Assembly: GCA_964532425.1 (NCBI GenBank)
Contig: CAZHIA010000001.1
Span: 201,481-265,480 of the forward strand
DNA length: 64,000 bases
From: an uncultured Candidatus Saccharibacteria bacterium
GTDB taxonomy: Bacteria; Patescibacteriota; Doudnabacteria; UBA920
Direction of reading: 5' to 3'
Positions within the stretch are counted from its first letter, which is position 1; each line of letters begins with the position of its first letter. Below the pieces are notes generated by a model. That model searched no databases. It saw nothing but the letters and a program-made list of their open reading frames with translations, and had not been told where the DNA came from. Positions 57,797 to 64,000 of this stretch are shown piece after piece. The position numbers and the translations under genes were made by a program.

Positions 57797-58423
57797 ATGG
57801 AACTGCATTACGATTTGTCTCTCACGCGGATAGCGGATCCCGGCATGTATCAAAGGACTTCCAATTACGATACATTCTTTAATGAGCATTCGCACCCCTC
57901 TCTTCAGGAGATCGACGATTTTCTGGCCGCGGCGTTTGGCTACCGGATGACCGAGGAACATGATTTCGAGAACCGGCTCATGCCGACATCCGCAGCTGCC
58001 GCTGCGCCGAATAATCCCATCGAGCAATACTTCGTGCGAACAGCCATTTTGGCGAGGAATGCGCAACGCAGCGCCCGTCAAGGATTTCAGGCTCCGGCAA
58101 CGGACGAAGCCCGATTGCTCATCGACTATGAAGAGGCGCAAGACCGGAAGTTGAGCGTCTTCGTCGCCATCGGTATCGGGATCAAAAGAGCCGCGGCACT
58201 TATTGAAACCGAAGACCGCTTGCACAAAATGGTCCTCGAGCATCCTGACGGCGGCTTTGCTCTCCTCAAAGAAGTTTGGCAGGAGAACAGAGACGGCATC
58301 CAACAGGAGATCAACGAGCGTGCTGAGCAACTCACCGAGGATGAGGCCAAAACGCTGCTGGCAAAGGCGTTCGGTCTCGACTTCGAGCAGTACAACGAAA
58401 TCTTTTACGAACAGCCGTCTTAG
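57797..58423 (+). CDS. hypothetical protein
   Basis: 208-aa ORF with an AAGGAGG SD. Confidence 0.5.
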   Translation: MELHYDLSLTRIADPGMYQRTSNYDTFFNEHSHPSLQEIDDFLAAAFGYRMTEEHDFENRLMPTSAAAAAPNNPIEQYFVRTAILARNAQRSARQGFQAPATDEARLLIDYEEAQDRKLSVFVAIGIGIKRAAALIETEDRLHKMVLEHPDGGFALLKEVWQENRDGIQQEINERAEQLTEDEAKTLLAKAFGLDFEQYNEIFYEQPS

Positions 58424-58519
58424 GGGCGGCCTGCTGCCAATCGCAGAGCACACAGAACAAAGTGTGCTCTTATTTTATTGCAATTATGTTTGGCCACTTG
58501 AATGACCTTTGAAAATTTA

Positions 58520-58558
58520 AACGCTCGTCCAAGAATTCCAATCTTGGACGAGCGTTTG
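58520..58558. terminator. bidirectional terminator
   Basis: aaacgctcgtccaagaattccaatcttggacgagcgttt, a perfect 14-bp stem. Confidence 0.85.
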
Positions 58559-58572
58559 CGTGTGGTGGCGGG

Positions 58573-58965
58573 TTAGGCCACCTTGAAGTTCCACTGGCCG
58601 TTGTTGTGGACGTGGAGGTAGGAGGGGACGCCGGACTTGCTCGGGACTTGGAATACGATTACGGCGTCGGTCCCTGGGTAGTACTCCACGTTCGAGATGT
58701 AGTGGAAGTCTCCACCGCAGATGAGGTGGTGAGACTCGGCTTGGCGCCTGGACCGCGGACAGTCGTGGGTTACGGTATCGATCCGCACGTGGACTTCACC
58801 GCCATTGTAGTTTACGGCGACGATCGTCCGTGTTCCGCTTGCGGTATTCGGAATATCGAACGACGCAAATTCCAGTCCGCCGGGAAGACTCTCGAGCACA
58901 GTGGCTCGCCTGAGCACTTCTCGCGCTCTGGCAACATCGAAAGAAACGGTTGTGTTTGTGGACAC
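58573..58965 (-). CDS. hypothetical protein
   Basis: 130-aa ORF. Confidence 0.45.
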   Translation of the reverse strand: MSTNTTVSFDVARAREVLRRATVLESLPGGLEFASFDIPNTASGTRTIVAVNYNGGEVHVRIDTVTHDCPRSRRQAESHHLICGGDFHYISNVEYYPGTDAVIVFQVPSKSGVPSYLHVHNNGQWNFKVA

Positions 58966-59451
58966 TTTAGTGCCTCCTTAGAATCCCTCATCCTGTTAGG
59001 GACTGCTTAGTCTATAATAAACAGGGTAGTTTGTCAATGGCTTTTTTAATAAGTTAAGGTCGTTCCAGGACTGGAAAATAACAAATTTCTTAGATAAATA
59101 TAAAGACGCTCTCATTTCGAGAGCGTCTCAATTGCGAGCCATAGCGTTGGGATTCCGACGACGAGCATGGAAGCCGCTATGTGTCTGTTGACTGAACGGG
59201 GTGCGGTGCGGAAAACCATACAGCCTCCGCAGAGAACAAGGAATAATCCGAGCAGCAAAAGAAGCATCTGTCCCTCCTTAACTGATAATGGTAATAAAGT
59301 AGGGAGTTGGCGTCAATAGTTGGATTTTTTTCTTTTGATCGAATTCATTACTAAATACCCCCGAAAAAGTGGTATTTTTGTATATCTTGACATATGCTTA
59401 AAAATATGCTAGAATAATTGTTAAAATCAATTCCAAGTTTAAGGGGGTAGT

Positions 59452-59907
59452 ATGGAAGTCCTCGATTTAACTTTCTGCAAAACGACTCAAGGTGGCAAGT
59501 ACCACCTTGGCCGCGTCGATCTCAATTCGATCGCCGACGAGCAAGTTCGCAGATTCGTCGAAACCCTGGTCCGCACTAAGCAAATCGTGTTCGACTGGGG
59601 GATGGATGTCTTCTGGGTCCACCCTACGCCGTTTGCGATAAACTACGAAACCGGCGCGATTCGCCGGACCGACACCAACGCCGAGATCGGCAACGATGGC
59701 TGGATCCCGTGCGATCCGCTGGACCTGCATTCGGCCCTCTCCTCGGTATTCGAAGGGGAGTGGGGACCGAGTTCGGTGGACAGCATCCTGAGCATGGAAT
59801 GTTCGGGGGTGCGTGTTGACCTCTGCGGCACAAAGACGTACGGCCCAGAGGATCCCAAGGGGTTTATGGAAAGCCTCAGGCGCGAGCTGGTTTCGCAACA
59901 GGGATAG
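59452..59907 (+). CDS. hypothetical protein
   Basis: 151-aa ORF with an AAGGGGG SD. Confidence 0.5.
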   Translation: MEVLDLTFCKTTQGGKYHLGRVDLNSIADEQVRRFVETLVRTKQIVFDWGMDVFWVHPTPFAINYETGAIRRTDTNAEIGNDGWIPCDPLDLHSALSSVFEGEWGPSSVDSILSMECSGVRVDLCGTKTYGPEDPKGFMESLRRELVSQQG

Positions 59908-59916
59908 GAGGGTGTC

Positions 59917-60138
59917 GTGAAATTGTTCGTCTACTGCTTTACTGGCCAAGAGAGCTCCCTCATCTTTACATCGCCGCTCGACTCAGAAGCGATGTGGGCC
60001 TACTTGGCCTCTCAAGACGGGGTGAGCGTCGAAGACGCCAAAGAGCAGTATCGCATGCAGGTCAGGGAGGTAAACCCTGCCGAGACTACTCAGGTAGTGA
60101 ACTTCTACTGCACTGACGGTCTTATTACTCTGAGGTGA
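59917..60138 (+). CDS. small hypothetical protein
   Basis: GTG start with a GGAGGG SD, coupled to the upstream gene. A terminator lies at 60160-60200. Confidence 0.4.
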   Translation: MKLFVYCFTGQESSLIFTSPLDSEAMWAYLASQDGVSVEDAKEQYRMQVREVNPAETTQVVNFYCTDGLITLR

Positions 60139-60261
60139 GGCGGGTGCACGGAAATAGCCTGGAATTCCAGGCAACAACGGTGGCCGTTAACTCGTGCCAC
60201 CGTTCTTTTTATTTATAGGTAAACCGTATAAGATCACAAACATCGTTTTAACCCCACGTCT

Positions 60262-60305
60262 ATTATTCTACAAAAAACTGCATATGCAGTTTTTTGTAGA
60301 ATAAT
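60262..60305. repeat. 44-bp perfect palindrome TATTATTCTACAAAAAACTGCATATGCAGTTTTTTGTAGAATAATGA (family copy 4)
   Basis: Seen directly. Confidence 0.9.
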
Positions 60306-60362
60306 GAACTGATAAATAATAACCGCTCCGAGAAGCTCGGAGCGGTTTTGTGTTTGGCGTGA

Positions 60363-60944
60363 CTACTTGGTGTTTAAGGGTGAGGCGCGGAAGGCGCGGG
60401 ACCTGCTGGCGATATAATAAATCTCATCCGCAGCATCGATGCAGAACATGGCGATGAGCTCGGCAACCATCATTACTACGACGCCCAGTACAGCCGCGAA
60501 CAGTCCTGCACCTATGGTAGCGAACCAGTCCGTTTTGGACATGTAGCAAAGGACAGCCGGAACCCCAGCCCATATACCGCCGATGGTAAGTGAACCGTAA
60601 TAGACGAGCCTATCCGCATTGTAATCGCCGCCGCACAAGGAATAAATCAGGCCCATGAGTTCATCCCGTTCCGAGATGTAAAGGGAAACAGCTATGAACC
60701 ACAGACCCCACAAGAAAGAGCGCGACAGCCAGACGGCAACCGGCCAGGGGACATGGGAGGAAACCCATAACCCAGCAGACAAAGCCACCAGCCCGGCAAT
60801 GCCCATCACGACCAACAGCCTGAATACCTCAAGAGCACACTCCTTTTTAGTCACAAAGCCTCCTATGGTTTGAGTGTGGTGAGTATACCAAAAGCCGATG
60901 TCTGGAGCAATCCCCAGAAGGCTGCCTTCTGGGGTACAATGCAT
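60363..60944 (-). CDS. polytopic membrane protein, hypothetical
   Basis: Five to six TM helices. Confidence 0.45.
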   Translation of the reverse strand: MHCTPEGSLLGIAPDIGFWYTHHTQTIGGFVTKKECALEVFRLLVVMGIAGLVALSAGLWVSSHVPWPVAVWLSRSFLWGLWFIAVSLYISERDELMGLIYSLCGGDYNADRLVYYGSLTIGGIWAGVPAVLCYMSKTDWFATIGAGLFAAVLGVVVMMVAELIAMFCIDAADEIYYIASRSRAFRASPLNTK

Positions 60945-61177
60945 GTACCTAGAGCAATATCGTAAAGGGGTGAGTAACCATTATATAAGCCTTGACGTCA
61001 TAAGGTTTTTCTGTTACTATGCGAGGTCTTTTCCGCGAGGAAGAGACGGGGCAAACCTTCCCTTGCAAAGCAAAAAAGGATGCAGGAGGAAATCGTAGTA
61101 AAAAGGACGCACAATCCTTGCAGTGCCAAAGAAGTGCATATACCGCTCGACTTTTCTAGAAGAAAGGAAGAAAACAA

Positions 61178-61938
61178 TGTCTTTGGATATCAGCAAACTC
61201 CCGGAAAAAACCACGCCCGAGAAGGCAATCTTCTGGCGTGGAGACGAAGGATTCCTGTTCGGCACGCTGTACGTTTGCCCGCAAGCAGACGGCATGCTGG
61301 TCCGAAAGGAATTCACCGAGACTCACAAGGACGTGACTTCCACTGTCATGGCCCACGGGGAAGGCTTAACTCTCCCTAAGGGCTGGGAAGTGGACACGAT
61401 GTGGTATGACGATGAGTATCGGGTTGCCAACTGGGTGAGTTACACCATTCGAGTGAGGCACCAACTGCGCCAGCTGCAACGCGGTGGCGGCATTCCAAAA
61501 GAGGTGGGCTACCTGGTTGCTGGAAATCTGCAGCTCGGTGAAGCCTTCAACTTCCGTAACTTCCGCAATTACGTCTACGGCCAGGATCTTAAGTACCTGC
61601 CGTTCGTCATTGGACCCGAGCACTTCCGGTTCAACATCTTCAATCCAACGCCGGAGCGGGTGCAAAAGGGCCTGGAGGATTTCAAAACTCTCTTGGACAA
61701 ACTTGAGGGGTTGATTTTCTTCCTTCCCGAAGTGCTTGCTGACGTGTATGCGGTGGTGCGGCTGGATGAGGTGAAAAACGCGAGTCCGCTTATCCCGCAC
61801 GCGAAGTCCGAAGTCGAGTTGCGTCTGAAAGACTCGCTCCAGCCTTACAGTAAGGAGTTCGGATACCTCTACAAGGACCTGCCGGGACCGCAAGACGTGA
61901 AGGTGTTTGACTACGATATGTTTGCAGCAAAAAAGTAG
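61178..61938 (+). CDS. hypothetical protein
   Basis: Start at the ATG with an AAGGAAG SD (MSLDISKLPE..). A GC-rich terminator lies at 61955-61985. Confidence 0.5.
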
Positions 61939-62103
61939 CTGCAACTAACGACCCCGCCCGGGCGCACGTCTGGGCGGGGATTTATTAATGAGTGTGCAAA
62001 TAAGGTAGCTCATTCTATTGACGGTCTATTTTAAATATGCTTTAATACGAGGTCGTTGGTTGTAGAAACTGTAATTCCAGAACATCAATTTAAAGGAGTG
62101 AAT

Positions 62104-62385
62104 ATGGGTTCCATAACCTATACACCGCCTCCGGCCACGCTTTCATGGTGGCGCTGGCTGCTGGCCCGCTTGCCGCGGTTTTGCAAGTACTGCGGAAAAC
62201 ACTACGTACGAATCAGCGGCGGTCCCGAACGCTTTAACCCGTTCGTGCCGCTCGGCGAAAACGGACGCGGCTGTCCGGACGGCCACGAAGGCTACTTGGA
62301 CGCTTTCCACGGCTACTTCATAGAGCGAACACACGTGGACAACGTCAAATCGCAATCTGTGTCGACACTCACAGACACTGCCTAA
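62104..62385 (+). CDS. small Cys/His-rich protein (CKYCGK...CPDGH), hypothetical
   Basis: AAAGGAG SD with an internal ATG start. Confidence 0.4.
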   Translation: MGSITYTPPPATLSWWRWLLARLPRFCKYCGKHYVRISGGPERFNPFVPLGENGRGCPDGHEGYLDAFHGYFIERTHVDNVKSQSVSTLTDTA

Positions 62386-62516
62386 CAAAGCGAACTCGCA
62401 CCAAGACCCAGCGAGTCTAAACAAGGGTCTTAATTTTTTTTATGAACACTCCACCCGGGAAGTGTTATAATGCATTTACAGCATGTACGTGCGGAATTTA
62501 AGGCTAACATTTAAAT

Positions 62517-62912
62517 ATGGGTAATCAACTTCCTGAAAATGTAATCATAGGAACCATCGGTGAGATTTTAGTGCAACTTCGCCTATTGGAATACGGAATC
62601 CAGGCGGCTCCGCCCATTAAAGATTCTGGAAATGATCTTATCGCAATCAAAGGCGAGGTTGCAAGATATCTTCAAGTAAAAACTACCACTATAGAACGGT
62701 TTACAAATTTGCACTTCCCTGAAATCTATCATATAGCTGCTTTTGTGAACTTGAAACTAGACGAGCAACAAAGGGTTTTGCTCGACCAATCAACAATCTA
62801 TCTGCTCACCAAGAGTGAAATTGCAAGCAGATCCTCTTACACAGTAAGTGATTTGGAGCTTAATCAGTACCAACTCAACGCACAGAATCTTGACAGACTG
62901 TTTTCAAATTAA
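62517..62912 (+). CDS. hypothetical protein (possible PD-(D/E)xK-like small nuclease fold)
   Basis: A GNDLIAIKGEVARYLQVK segment resembles the D...E.K core. This is weak. Confidence 0.4.
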   Translation: MGNQLPENVIIGTIGEILVQLRLLEYGIQAAPPIKDSGNDLIAIKGEVARYLQVKTTTIERFTNLHFPEIYHIAAFVNLKLDEQQRVLLDQSTIYLLTKSEIASRSSYTVSDLELNQYQLNAQNLDRLFSN

Positions 62913-62995
62913 ATGAAGCAATCTGTAAGATCAAAACGTAGATTATCTTTATATACTTATTGCCCTTGGGGTTTTTATGAGTCTTAACACAATTT

Positions 62996-63694
62996 ATGAA
63001 CAGAGATCATTTTGAAAGGCGACCCGAACAAGAACTTCCTGGGAAGCACATGGATGACATTCTTGCGGAATTGGCTGCTACGGATTTTCGAGGTCGGAAT
63101 TTTGCCGAGTATCAAATCCAGAGACCGGTACAAGCGGATCATGTAAAGGCAGCCTTACATTTACCTTTCGAGATCGCGATAACCGAACTGGATAACGAGC
63201 TCATCCTGACGACTCATTCTTCCGAGGTTCGGTCAACCGGTTCGGATTACATCAATAGGCAATTGAATTCAAGGCTGTCATTCCACACCCACAACGATAG
63301 GCGCGACGGTATAATTGTTGACACACCTTCATTTCAGGATATTGTCGTGGCCACCGCTACGAGTAACCGGACGAAACAACTCGTAGCCCACGCGACTGGC
63401 ATTACGTACTTTGGTCACATGACGAAGCATCCGGTTACGGGCGAAGACTTGTCCAGATTACAGAAAAGCGTAGGTGAAATATTTAATGAGTATCAAAGAT
63501 ATATTGGAGCGGTACTTCATAGGAACTGGGTAACAAAAGCACGGCCATTCATAACAGAAAAATATTCCTTAGCGGAAAGAACTCAACTTGCAAAAGATTT
63601 CATTAAAAAATCAGGTATGTTAATAGCCGAGGCTGCTTGGGAGGATGTAGAGAATATAAATAAATTCATGAGAATTATAAATCTTGAAGAATAA
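62996..63694 (+). CDS. hypothetical protein
   Basis: 232-aa ORF. Confidence 0.5.
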   Translation: MNRDHFERRPEQELPGKHMDDILAELAATDFRGRNFAEYQIQRPVQADHVKAALHLPFEIAITELDNELILTTHSSEVRSTGSDYINRQLNSRLSFHTHNDRRDGIIVDTPSFQDIVVATATSNRTKQLVAHATGITYFGHMTKHPVTGEDLSRLQKSVGEIFNEYQRYIGAVLHRNWVTKARPFITEKYSLAERTQLAKDFIKKSGMLIAEAAWEDVENINKFMRIINLEE

Positions 63695-63699
63695 ATTAT

Positions 63700-64000
63700 A
63701 TGAAGAATTTTAGCGAAGGTGCGGAGCGCCACGAGGAGGTGCGCGATTATATTCAAACGTTCGACGAATTGCGCGCCCTGGGAAAAGTGGGATTTGAGGG
63801 CGGGGAGCGGGTAACGTTCCAGCCGTACGGGCGATACGAAGAGGGCAGACAGGAAGGCGTAGTGCGGTTGTGGGAAGAAGCCCCGGATGTTATTCAAATA
63901 AAATTTATGGGCAGCAAGGCCGGAGTGCCGTATCCGGACGATGAGCGGGTAACGCGGGAGCAGTTCGAGGCCAGGAAAGACATTTGGAAAATCCGGAAAG
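63700..64000 (+). CDS. hypothetical protein (3' truncated by window end)
   Basis: The ORF runs off the end of the window. Confidence 0.45.
   Translation, partial: MKNFSEGAERHEEVRDYIQTFDELRALGKVGFEGGERVTFQPYGRYEEGRQEGVVRLWEEAPDVIQIKFMGSKAGVPYPDDERVTREQFEARKDIWKIRK

Overview
This is a bacterial chromosomal window of about 55% GC with short intergenic spacers and many convincing rho-independent terminators. No rRNA, tRNA or CRISPR array is visible.

The left roughly 42 kb is mostly recognisable housekeeping and envelope content:
- transporters: two MFS transporters (one with an unusual C-terminal extracytoplasmic extension), an AEC-family transporter, a CDF metal exporter, and an ArsR/SdpI-like regulator-membrane protein pair;
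- enzymes: a calcineurin-like metallophosphoesterase, a GH-A-type glycoside hydrolase, an S1 protease, two SAM methyltransferases, and a Zn-dependent alcohol/formaldehyde dehydrogenase;
- signalling and surface proteins: a PAS-GGDEF-EAL c-di-GMP protein, a GT-C glycosyltransferase with TPR repeats, and a secreted cupredoxin/FN3/Met-rich protein;
- an ATPase locus with a very acidic 852-aa protein, a truncated ClpB-like AAA+ ATPase and a TraD/VirD4-like P-loop ATPase.

The right roughly 22 kb (about 42.7-64 kb) looks like an accessory region.
- It holds a one-piece tmRNA (ssrA) gene on the minus strand, a GIY-YIG nuclease, tandem STAS paralogues and a PaaX-like wHTH protein.
- It has dozens of small ORFs with no assignable function.
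- A clearly foreign low-GC island (about 50.7-56.2 kb) encodes a KAP-family P-loop NTPase with an inserted membrane hairpin (PifA-like) plus four unknown ORFs. This island is the strongest candidate for an undescribed defence or exclusion module.

The region is punctuated by several families of near-identical palindromic or hairpin repeats:
- a 44-bp perfect palindrome in four copies plus a 26-bp variant (5 sites);
- a conserved ACCACCC...GGGTGGT hairpin in 3 copies;
- an identical 40-nt hairpin in 2 copies;
- about 38-bp direct repeats bracketing the island.
A 27/32-nt copy of the tmRNA 3' end lies inverted at the island's right edge.

Other noteworthy non-coding features are a roughly 190-nt highly structured leader in front of the AEC transporter and paired palindromes flanking single genes.
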